In this document: positions 1-10,600 of the stretch, one piece after another
How the letters are laid out: every line of letters begins with the position of its first letter
Numbering within the stretch: position 1 is the stretch's first letter
Assembly: GCA_002841975.1 (NCBI GenBank)
Contig: PHBQ01000017.1
Span: 33,695-97,694, forward strand
Length of the DNA stretch: 64,000 bases
DNA from: Candidatus Cloacimonetes bacterium HGW-Cloacimonetes-1
GTDB lineage: Bacteria > Cloacimonadota > Cloacimonadia > Cloacimonadales > Cloacimonadaceae
Direction: 5' to 3'
Position numbers and translations under genes: made by a program
Notes under the pieces: generated by a model
Told to the model about the DNA's origin: nothing
The model's input: only the letters and a program-made list of their open reading frames with translations
The model's database searches: none

Positions 1-660
1 ACGGTTCCTGCCATGCCTTCCATCACTCCGATGCATGGTGCCAAGATGTTGATGGCTATGAGCAGTTATTATCCTCCCAATAACGATTGGCTGATCTCGC
101 CCGGCATGACTCTGGGCAGTAGTCCGGCAATCACTTTCAGTGCCCGCTCCTATACCGTGGCGTATGGTGCGGAGCGGCTCAAGGTTCTAATCTCTACCAC
201 AGATGCCAATCCCGGCTCTTTCACCGAGATCAGTGCAACCCCCTATATCTCCGTCCCTGCTACGTGGACAGACTATCAAATCGACCTCGGTGCTTATCAA
301 AATCAGCATGTCTATCTGGCTTTGCAATGCGTTTCATGGGACGCCTTTGCGCTCTTTTTGGATAACATTGTCATCACAGGAGCAGGTGGATCAGTGCCCG
401 TGGAAGACGATCTGATCGCCCCCCTCCGCTACAGGATCTATCCCAATCCCAGCACCTCCCACTTTCGGATTGAGACCAATGGCAAAACCGCCTTTGATCT
501 AGCTATCTACGACCTGCGTGGACGCAAGCTGGAAAGCAGCAAACAGATCACGGAGTATGAAAGCAGAAATCAAAACCTGAAGCTGAGCCCCGGACTCTAT
601 TTCTTGCGTTTGGTGCATGACGGCCGTTCTGAAACTCACAAGTTTGTAGTCGTAAAATAG
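1..660 (+). CDS. Secreted protein, C-terminal fragment (choice-of-anchor-J/MAM-like domain plus T9SS/Por C-terminal sorting domain); 5' end lies outside the window
   Basis: Frame 1 is open from nt 1, with no stop before the first Met at 13. The C-terminus (YPNPSTSHFRIETNG...LSPGLYFLRLVHDGRSETHKFVVVK) matches the pattern of Por secretion C-terminal sorting domains. The same tail type occurs in two other ORFs in this window. Confidence 0.7.
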   Translation, partial: TVPAMPSITPMHGAKMLMAMSSYYPPNNDWLISPGMTLGSSPAITFSARSYTVAYGAERLKVLISTTDANPGSFTEISATPYISVPATWTDYQIDLGAYQNQHVYLALQCVSWDAFALFLDNIVITGAGGSVPVEDDLIAPLRYRIYPNPSTSHFRIETNGKTAFDLAIYDLRGRKLESSKQITEYESRNQNLKLSPGLYFLRLVHDGRSETHKFVVVK

Positions 661-3222
661 ATGAATATCATCAGCCCCATCGAGAGCTTTATCCAGAGCG
701 TCAGCACTGATTCACGCTACGCCCCCAATATCATTGCCGATCAGGTCACAGAGGCCAAAGCAGCCACCTGGGACGATATTCCCCCCGGCATCCGTCCTGA
801 ACTCAAAACCCTACTGGGCAAACTGGGTATTTCTCGCCTCTTTAGCCACCAGACGGAAGCCATGACTGCCATTCTGAAACGACAAAATATCGTACTCAGC
901 AGTGGTGTTGCCAGCGGGAAAAGCCTCTGTTACCAGATTCCCATCCTCAACGAATTGCTAAACTTACCGGCTTCCCGCACCTTTCTTCTCTTTCCTACCA
1001 AGGCATTGGCACAAGATCAATTTGGCAAGATGAACCAAATGCTCTCCCTTTTTAAACAGGGATTACCCGCTGCTGCCAAGTTTTCCGCCGGTATTTATGA
1101 TGGAGACACGGGGACGGACTCCCGCTCCAATATTCGCAAAAACTCCTCTCTGATCTTCACGAATCCCGATATGTTGCATCTGGGAATTTTACCCAATCAC
1201 AGCCTGTGGTCGAGCTTTTTTGCCAATCTCCGCTATGTAGTATTGGACGAAGTACACATCTACCGGGGTGTCTTTGGCTCCAACGTCGCCAATATCATCC
1301 GCAGGCTTCGCCGTATCTGCCGTTTCTATGGCTCCGATCCGCAGTTCATCTGTACCTCTGCCACTCTTGCCAATTCTATTGAGCTTTCCGAAAATCTCAC
1401 GGAAACAGCGATGCTGTCTCTCACCGAGGATGGATCTCCCCACGGCAAGCGCGTTTTTTATATTCTCAATCCGCCCATGATAGATCCTCAGCTGGGGATT
1501 CGCCGTAGTGCAGTCATCGAATCCACTTCCCTGGCCAAGCGTTTCCTCAAAACCGGCTGTCAAGCCATCCTCTTTTCAGAGACGCGTCGCAACGTCGAGA
1601 TCCTGTTCCGTTATTTAATGGACAAGGCATGGGACAAAGAACGCATTCGCAGTTACCGTAGCGGTTATCTGGCAGAAGATCGCCGCCAAATCGAGAGTGA
1701 TCTGCGCGACCGCAAGATCGACATCGTGGTTTCCACCAATGCCTTGGAGCTCGGGATCGATATCGGTGGGTTGGACGCCGTATTTATCAACGGTTATCCC
1801 GGCACTATCTGTGGTACCCGCCAGCAATCCGGACGCGCCGGAAGAAAGGGCAGCACGGCGCTCACAGTCCTCGTTGCCACCGCCAACCCCCTGGATCAAT
1901 ATATCTGCAGCCATCCCGAATACCTCTTTGAAAACAGTCCGGAGCGAGCCTTGATCGATCCTGATAATCCGGAAATCCTACTCCGGCAAGTTCTCTGTGC
2001 GGTGTACGACATGGCGATGCTGGATACGGAATCATTTGGCTCACTGAGCTGTGCCCAAATCTTGCCAATCCTGCAAATGCTGATCGATGAAGGCAAGATC
2101 CGTAAAGTCGGAACCCGTTATATCGGCATTTTAGGAAAATACCCTTCCGCAGATGTTTCGATCCGCAATCTCTCGTCCCAATATAGGCTTATGAATGGAG
2201 CGGAAATGATCGGTTACGTCGATGCCGTGAGCGCAAATTGGATGACCCATCCCAATGCCATCTACCTTCATCAGGGTGATACCTGGATCGTGAATAACCT
2301 GGATCATGACCAAAAAAGAGTCGATCTGCAACCCACTGACGCAAATTATTACACCCAAGCTGCCAAAACCACGGAGATAGATCTCAATGAACTGACGCAC
2401 TCCGAAGCCATTCCCGGGGGCAAAAAATATATCGGCAAGGTCACGGTTACATCGCTCATCACCGGCTTCAAAAAGCTACGTTTTTTTACTCAGGAACTGC
2501 TCGGCATGGAAGAACTGGAGATGGCTCCCTCCATCCTGCCCACTGTCGCATGGTGGATCGCTCTCTCTCCCGCCACAGTGCAGACCGTTCGGGATCAAGG
2601 TCTGTGGCGTAATCATAACAACGACTATGGCAAAGCATGGACAGTCCTCACCCGTCTTATTCGGGAAAGAGATCAATTCCGCTGTGTCCATTGCGGAGTT
2701 ATGGAAGCAGAGCGCGCCCACGACGTTCATCACATCACGCCCTTTCGCAAGTTTGCGGATGCCGATGCTGCCAATAGTCCCGAAAACCTTGTCACACTCT
2801 GCCCCCGCTGTCATCGCATGGCAGAGTCTTCCGTCCAGATCCAGAGCGGCTTGGCAGCTGTGAGCTACCTACTGGGCAACCTTGCTCCATTTTTCGTGAT
2901 GTGCGAACAAAAAGATATCGGAGTTCATTCCGAAGATAAATCCGCTTTGGCAGATGGTAATCCTGTGATAGTGATGTATGACTCCACTCCGGGGGGGATC
3001 GGTTTATCCAAAAAGCTCTATTCCATCGAGACGGAGCTGCTCCATGCGGCAATCGATGCCGTGAGTAATTGTCCTTGTGAGGCAGGCTGTCCCTCTTGCG
3101 TGGGTCCAATTGCCGAAAACGGGGAAGGAGCCAAAGAACACGGCCTCGCCATTCTCACCGAATTGTGCAAAACTACGGTCTCCACGACTCAGATCATAGA
3201 TTTTCCGAGCCCCACTGAATAG
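661..3222 (+). CDS. DEXH-box helicase of the MrfA/YprA (DUF1998-containing) type carrying an inserted HNH nuclease motif
   Basis: 853-aa ORF. Walker A GVASGKS, DEVH box (VLDEVHIY), helicase C motifs (QQSGRAGRKG). The C-terminal Cys cluster NCPCEAGCPSC is typical of the DUF1998/MrfA Zn-binding domain. Just before it lies CVHCG...HDVHHITPF...NLVTLCPRCH, a Cys4 HNH beta-beta-alpha-Me signature. Confidence 0.85.
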   Translation: MNIISPIESFIQSVSTDSRYAPNIIADQVTEAKAATWDDIPPGIRPELKTLLGKLGISRLFSHQTEAMTAILKRQNIVLSSGVASGKSLCYQIPILNELLNLPASRTFLLFPTKALAQDQFGKMNQMLSLFKQGLPAAAKFSAGIYDGDTGTDSRSNIRKNSSLIFTNPDMLHLGILPNHSLWSSFFANLRYVVLDEVHIYRGVFGSNVANIIRRLRRICRFYGSDPQFICTSATLANSIELSENLTETAMLSLTEDGSPHGKRVFYILNPPMIDPQLGIRRSAVIESTSLAKRFLKTGCQAILFSETRRNVEILFRYLMDKAWDKERIRSYRSGYLAEDRRQIESDLRDRKIDIVVSTNALELGIDIGGLDAVFINGYPGTICGTRQQSGRAGRKGSTALTVLVATANPLDQYICSHPEYLFENSPERALIDPDNPEILLRQVLCAVYDMAMLDTESFGSLSCAQILPILQMLIDEGKIRKVGTRYIGILGKYPSADVSIRNLSSQYRLMNGAEMIGYVDAVSANWMTHPNAIYLHQGDTWIVNNLDHDQKRVDLQPTDANYYTQAAKTTEIDLNELTHSEAIPGGKKYIGKVTVTSLITGFKKLRFFTQELLGMEELEMAPSILPTVAWWIALSPATVQTVRDQGLWRNHNNDYGKAWTVLTRLIRERDQFRCVHCGVMEAERAHDVHHITPFRKFADADAANSPENLVTLCPRCHRMAESSVQIQSGLAAVSYLLGNLAPFFVMCEQKDIGVHSEDKSALADGNPVIVMYDSTPGGIGLSKKLYSIETELLHAAIDAVSNCPCEAGCPSCVGPIAENGEGAKEHGLAILTELCKTTVSTTQIIDFPSPTE

Positions 3223-3299
3223 GTACTAAAACACCTAAAATCCCATTTGTATCACAGTTCCGGAGATCATTGCTTCTTAAATTTCCGACTTGTCTTGAG

Positions 3300-3390
3300 C
3301 ATGTGCTTCCCTGGCGATTCCCTCGTGGCGACAAGGGCTTCACGAGGGAAGTACGAGGGCATCACCTGAGATTGGAGTTAGGAGCAAGTG
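3300..3390. repeat. Intergenic palindromic repeat, family A (cacgaggg element), copy 1
   Basis: gtgcttccctggcgattccctcgtggcgacaagggcttcacgagggaagtacgagggcatcacctgagattgg. Similar elements recur at 13268-13392, 21481-21565 (inverted), 55440-55545 and 61830-61935 (inverted). It contains the internal inverted repeat ccctcgtg...cacgaggg and lies between convergent genes. Confidence 0.75.
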
Positions 3391-3396
3391 GAGATA

Positions 3397-4257
3397 TTAG
3401 TTCTCCAATTCTCCGGAGAGAAGATTTGTCTTAAAAATCCTGGCACCCAAGTCTATCTTTGCCGTGCCTTCCCCGAAGGAAACATTGATATCTCGATGGA
3501 CAATGCGCTCGACATAGGTGTCACCACTGCTGAAGGTAATGGTGGCATCAAAAGTACCGGTCAGCGTTCCGCTCACAGCATTGTAATAGTGGAGAGTATA
3601 TCCCCGGGGGAGAATTACGTTTTCCAGTTCCACCGCCAGAGTATTTACAGAAACCCTGGTGCTATTGTAACCGGTGATCGTATCATGAGCTTGGCGATTG
3701 TACGTTCCGTTGACAACCACTGAATCTGTATTTGCTTTGGTGACTATCCATGCGCCGGTCAAAGCATCCAAGTTTTGGTGAACATTGCGCGTAATGTGTT
3801 CGCCACTACCACTGATAATATTGAAAATCACCGTCCTGGCAGTGTCATTGTTGGTGACATAATATTTCTGAAAATCTCCGGTTTCATTGCGATATTGGAG
3901 GGTGTAGTTGCGAGTAATGTTGGCATAGGGATGGCTTCCGGCAAGGCCTCTTTCCCGAGTGAGCAGAATGTTCCAATAGCCGGTACTAATATTATAGGTC
4001 ATCACGATCCCTTTGTCCGGATTGAGCCTTTGGAGAGCGGATTTGCTATCAGCGACCAAGAGAGCACTCAGATCCGCCATTTGATCCACGGCACCGCCGG
4101 TGTTGTATGAAACTGAAGCTCCGATGGACTGTGCACCGTCATAATTTGCACCGAATTCGGATTCCGTGCTGCTGTCACCACAAGCGGTGATAGTGAAGAT
4201 AATAAATAAAGAGAGAGCCATCAAATACAGCGGGATAAGCTTGTTTGTCTTGCACAT
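3397..4257 (-). CDS. Hypothetical lipoprotein
   Basis: 286-aa ORF. The N-terminus MCKTNKLIPLYLMALSLFIIFTITAC has a hydrophobic signal followed by a lipobox-like Cys. I recognise no family. Confidence 0.6.
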   Translation of the reverse strand: MCKTNKLIPLYLMALSLFIIFTITACGDSSTESEFGANYDGAQSIGASVSYNTGGAVDQMADLSALLVADSKSALQRLNPDKGIVMTYNISTGYWNILLTRERGLAGSHPYANITRNYTLQYRNETGDFQKYYVTNNDTARTVIFNIISGSGEHITRNVHQNLDALTGAWIVTKANTDSVVVNGTYNRQAHDTITGYNSTRVSVNTLAVELENVILPRGYTLHYYNAVSGTLTGTFDATITFSSGDTYVERIVHRDINVSFGEGTAKIDLGARIFKTNLLSGELEN

Positions 4258-4687
4258 ACGAACTCCTTGAAATCATTTGCATCGCATCTTATTTTAAATT
4301 TATTTTACCTTTGGATCACGATTGTGCAGATCAATACAAAGTCAAGATATTTCCCTACTGATGGATGTAAATACATTTGAACATAACACCTTAGTATCAC
4401 ATACAGGAATATTGCCCGGGTGGCACAAAATGTGAAGCTACTTCCTTGCTGAATTGGATTGATAATTGCTTATACTATTAGTGTGTTAGCTTCGTAGAGA
4501 TGAGAAAGATTTCAGATATTTAACGCTCATCCAAAATTAATGCTTCACAAAAAACACATTCTTGAATTCTTATGATTCTGTGCTAAATACCTTTTAAAAT
4601 AGTATGTTGAGAGTGGGATGCCGAGCTGAAACCGCATCGGATCCCGTATATTAAATAACAATAATCTAATAAAACTCAAGGAGAATA

Positions 4688-7600
4688 GTGATGAGAAACA
4701 AGCTAGTTAGAATCGCTTTGACGATTCTATTCACCTTGGGAGTGTTATCGGTATTTGGACAAGTATCGGAATACTCTTTCACTCAAACAGCAGCTACCTA
4801 TACGGAGCTGACGGCCCCGACTATGCTTCACGATGTCAACATCGATGATGCCCAATCTCCAGTTACAAATATCGGGTTTTCATTTTTGTATGATGGCGTA
4901 AGCTATACTCAATTCAAGGCAAGTTCAAACGGATTTGTCACCTTGAATGCTACGTCGACTACTTCACAATCAAACGTGTTATCATCCCAGTTGTTAATCC
5001 TGGGTGGTTTTTGGGATGACTTGAAAACAGATGCAACAGATTCTGCTGTTTCGTATTTGTTGACAGGAACAGCCCCCAACCGAATCCTCAAGGTCCAATA
5101 CAAGAACTTGAAATGGTATTACAATGTATCCCCGGTCAACCTGATCAATTTCCAGATCTGGTTGAGTGAAGGCACAAACACGGTCAAATTCGTATATGGT
5201 ACCATGGGAACTGCGCCCGGTACCACTGCCTCTGCTTCCATCGGTATTTCCGGTGGCGTGGCAGGACAATATCTTAGTCTCACTCCTGCCAACCCAACTG
5301 CTACTGCATCGTCTATTGCAGAATTTAATACCATCAATGCTACTCATGTGCCTTTCCTGACAGGCAAAATGTATACTTTTGCTCCCCCAGTGGCAAATCA
5401 ACCACCCAATCCTGCAAATGTAGGAGCTCCTGCCAATAATGCTACTTTGGTAGCTTTGGCCACAAACCTTTCCTGGAGTTCGGGCGGTGGTTTACCCACC
5501 GGTTATCGCTTGTTTTTTGGCACCAATAACCCCCCTACAAATCTGGTAAATGGAACAGACATGGGTGCCGTAGCTCTTTATGACCCACCCACAGACCTGC
5601 TTCCCACCACCACATATTATTGGAAAGTAGTTCCTTACAATGCTATTGGCAATGCCGCAAACTGCCCGGTTTGGCAGTTTACTACCCATGGTAACCCCAC
5701 AGTTACTACTTTGCCTTATAATCAGAACTTCGATTTGGTCACAGCACCTGCTATGCCTTTTGACTGGACCACGATTTATGAATCTACCTCCACTGCAGGG
5801 TATGTCAAAACTGTCACAACTACTCCCCAGAGCACTCCGAATTGCGTAGGGTTAGCCAATTCCGCTGATGCTGCTGCAATCGCAATGTTAGTGGGCCCCC
5901 CATTGGCAAACACTATTGCTCCGAACACAACCAGAGTGAAGTTTTATGCCAAAGGTGGAGCAAATTACCTGCTTTCAGTCGGTATGATGACCAATGGTAG
6001 CTCGGCTGCCACTTTTACAGAAGTGCAGTCTATCACCTTGACTTCGACCTGGACCCAATATGTCGTCACCTTTGCCGGTTATACCGGTACCGGACGCACC
6101 ATTGCCTTCAAGCATGGTCTGGGTGGAACGTATCGTACAATGTACATTGATAATGTCGAAATCGAACTGATCTCTCAGAACGATCTTGCCGTTACAGATT
6201 TGACCGGAAATACCACTCCTTCCGTAAACAGCGCTACTACCTATACTGCCTCCGTGTTTAACTGGGGTTCAGTAGCACAGAGCACCTATACGGTCAAACT
6301 GTTCAATGCAAATAATGTGCAGCTTGCCACCGCTAATGGCGTTACCGTGGCTCCCGGTGCTACGGTGCAGGTTCCAATTTCATGGACACCTACCACCCAA
6401 GGACCCGTCACCATATATGCAAAGGTCGTCTTAACCGGTGATCAGAACGCTACAAACGATCAGTCTCCCAACCTCAGTATCAGCGTGATGCCTGCGGGAA
6501 TGATCGTAGTAACCGTAGGTGAAGGAAATCTCCAGGAAGGTATCCCACTGGAATTTTTCTATAAAAACAGTTTATTTGAGACTCTGTATTATCAAAACGA
6601 GATCGGGATGTATGGAAACATCACAACCCTGTCTTTCTATAACAACTTCGCAACAGATCTTCCCAATAAGCCTACCAAAATCTGGCTGGGAACTACCAAT
6701 GAACCAGACCTGAGCGCCGGTTGGATACTTCCTCCCCAGCTTACTTTGGTCTATGATGGAAATGTGAACTATCCTTCGGGAGAAAACACAATCACCATCC
6801 CGCTCCAGACCGTCTTCCCCTACACCGGTGGAAACCTGGTACTGTATGCAAATCGTCCGATGGATACTGTGTATTTCAGTTCTTCCGACAATTTTGCAGC
6901 CCAGACCGTCGGCACCAACCGTGCCAGAAAGTTAATCTCGGATAGCACAGAGTATGATCCCAATGCTCCATCGGCAGCGGGTACGCTCTCCGGAACATTC
7001 CCCAAGACTACCTTCCACATGACACCGATGGGGCCAAACCCAATCTTCAGTGTCAATCCTCCCAGCAAAGACTTTGGTACAGTATTGATGAACAGTACTT
7101 CAAACCAAACTTTCACGGTAACCAATGCAGGTGGTGGAACCCTGACTATCAGCAATATCACTATTGCCGGAAGTCCTTTCTTTACACTGCAAAGCGTTCC
7201 GACTATGCCGGTTAACCTTGCCACTGCACAGACTACGACTTTTGTGGCTAGATATCTGCCGACTGCTGCCGGAACTCATAATGCCACAATATCTATTACA
7301 GATAATACTACACGCGTCGTACGCACTGTTGCTTTAACGGGCACCAGTATCAATGTTAACCTGAATACCCTGCCTTATGCTCAGAACTTTGATGCAGTTA
7401 CAGCACCGGCTTTACCTCTGGACTGGAACTTTATCTATCAAGGTACGGTAACTACAGGTTATGTACGAACTGTAACAACCACTCCGCAAAGCACTCCCAA
7501 CTGCGTGGCATTGTACAATTCTACTGATGCCAATGCCAACACAATGCTAATCGCACCTCCTCTGGGAACTGCTTTTGCACCAAATACTACCAGAGTGAAA

Positions 7601-10600
7601 TTCTATGCCAAAGGTATTGCCGGATATACTCTATCCGTTGGTGCCATGACCAACTATCTGGACGCAGCTACATACACTCAGGTCCAGAGCATAGATCTTA
7701 CCAATACCTGGACACAATATGTGGTTAGCTTTGCCGGTTATACCGGAGCAGGAAGACATATCACCTTCAAGCATGGCTTGGGTGGAACTTCCAGAACCAT
7801 TTATATCGATAATGTCGAAATTGAAGTCATCCCTCAGAATGACCTCGCTGTAACAGCACTGGCCGGTAACGTCACACCTTCCAATGGTAGTGCCACTACC
7901 TATACCGCTTCAGTTTATAACTGGGGTTCCGTAACTCAGAGCACCTATAGCGTGAAACTATATAACTCAAACAATGTGCAGCTGGCAACAGCCGCCGGAA
8001 CCAGTGTCGCTGCCGGTGCCACTGTACAGGTTCCGATCTCCTGGACACCTTCTGCTGAAGGTCCTGTCACCATATATGCCAAGGTGGTCTTGACCGGTGA
8101 TCAGAACACTACAAACGATCAATCACCTAATCTCAATATCACTGTAATGCCATCCGGCATGATCGTGGTTACCGTCGGTGAGGGCAACCTCCAAGAAGGT
8201 ATCCCGGTAGAGATGTACTATAAAAACAGCTTGTTTGAGACACTGTACTATCCCACTGAAATGGGCTTGTTTGGAAACATCACTGCTTTGTCATTCTACA
8301 ATAACTTTGTGACAAACCTTCCCAATAAACCTACCAAAGTATGGCTCGGAACTACCACCCAAGCTGACCTCAGTGCAGGATGGGTTCCAGCTTCACAGAT
8401 GACCTTGGTTTATAATGGCAACGTAAACTATCCCAGCGGAGAAAATACTGTAATTATACCATTGCAGACTCCTTTCACTTACACTGGTGGAAACCTTGTA
8501 ATGCTGGTACAACGTCCGATGGATACTGAATATTTCAGTTCCTCAGACAATTTTGCCGCTCAGACTGTTGGAACCAACAGAGCCTTGAAACTATACTCTG
8601 ACGGTACTGAATACGATCCCAACGCCCCTACCGGTGGTACACTCTCCGGAACATTCCCCAAAACTACCTTCCATATGACTGCGATCGGACCAAACCCCAT
8701 ATATAGCGTTAATCCGGGCAGTAAAAACTATGGTACGGTATTGCTAAACAGTACTTCCAACCAAACCTTCACCGTAATGAACGGTGGTGGCGGTACCTTG
8801 ACTATCAGCAATATTACGATTGCAGGAAGTCCCTTCTTTACCCTGCAAAACGTTCCAACCCTGCCTGTAAACCTGGCAACAGGACAGACAATGACCTTCG
8901 TTGGTCGTTACAATCCTACCGCTGCCGGTGGACCTCACACAGCTACCATTACAGTCACAGATAATATGGCTCGCAGCGGTGGACGCGAAGAAAGAACCAG
9001 ATTGGCTCATACTATTGCGCTGACCGGTAATTGTATTGATACTACTATCAATACCCTGCCATACACTCAGCTCTTTGATGCAGTGACAGCTCCGGCATTA
9101 CCTCCGGACTGGGGATTCTTGTACCAAGCTACAACAACCGCTGGTTATGTGAGAACAGTAACTACTACTCCGCAAAGCACACCCAACTGCGTAGCATTGT
9201 ACAATTCTACAGATGCCAACGCCAATGTGATGCTGATTGCTCCACCCCTGGGTAACTCGATAGCTCCAAATACCACTAGAGTGAAATTCTACGCCAAAGG
9301 CGTTGCCGGATATACACTCTCGGTCGGTATGATGACCAACTATCTGGATGCTGCGACCTTTGCCCAAGTCCAGAGCATTACACTTACTAGTACCTGGACA
9401 CAGTATGTCGTAACATTTGCAGGATATACCGGAGCCGGAAGATACATCACCTTCAAGCATGGCTTGGGTGGAACTTCCAGAACTATGTATGTCGATAATG
9501 TCGAAATCGAATTGACTCCTCAAAATGACCTCGCAGCTATATCTATCACCGGAAACCAGACACCTTCCAATGGTATGCTGTCAAACTACACAGTGAGCGT
9601 CTTTAACTGGGGAACCAATGCCCAAAATACTTACACAGTAAAGCTCTTCAAGCAAGGCGATGTCGAGATCGGATCTGTACCCGGAACTAACATTGCTCCT
9701 GGTGCCACAGTCCAAGTGACTGTCCCCTGGACACCATCTGCAGAAGGTGCAAATACAATTTATGGCAAAGTGGTACTTGCCGGCGATCAAAACGCTACAA
9801 ACGACCAAACATCAAACTTGGCCGTTGTCGTTCAGCCTGCAGGATTACTCCTGATAACCATCGGCACAGGTGACTTAACCGAAGGTATTCCTCTGGAATT
9901 CTATTACAAGAATAGCCTCTTTGAAACCTTGTATTACCCTGCCGAACTCCAGAATACCATAGGAACCATCTATGGTCTCTCCTTCTATAACAACTTCGTA
10001 ACAAATCTTCCGGCCAAGCCGACTAAGATTTGGATGGGAACTACCACCAATGCTGACCTCAGTGCCGGTTGGATCCCTTCCACACAGCTTACTCTCGTGT
10101 ATGACGGAACGATAAACTATCCATCAGGTGAAAACACGGTTTATATTCCATTCCAAGCTCCCTTCCTCTATCTGAATGGTCAAAACATCGTGATGATGGC
10201 AAATCGCCCGATGGATACCGAGTACTTTAGCAGTTCTGACAATTTCTTGGCCCAGACTGTCGGAACCAGCCGTTCAATCAATATTTACTCCGATAGTACA
10301 CCTTACGATCCTGCAGCACCTCCAGTGCCTACAGCGACTCAGATTACGGGTAAATTCCCCAAAACCACCTTCCATATAATCCCCGGTGGTGTGGGTCATT
10401 TGAATGGTACAATCCTCGGCGTCGGTGGACAACCTCTGGCCGGTGTGGCAGTTCAATTTGCTACCGGTGGTTATTCCACTACTACCAATGCTCAGGGTCA
10501 ATATAGTATCCAAAACATCATACATGAAACATACCAAGTGAGCTTTAGTCGTTATGGCTATCTCACCACTACCCAAACTGTCGTGATCCCCGAAGATCAA

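Noticed and set aside
3388-4110. Two 111-aa plus-strand ORFs
   Set aside because: They are antisense to the 286-aa lipoprotein gene, which has a convincing signal peptide and lipobox.
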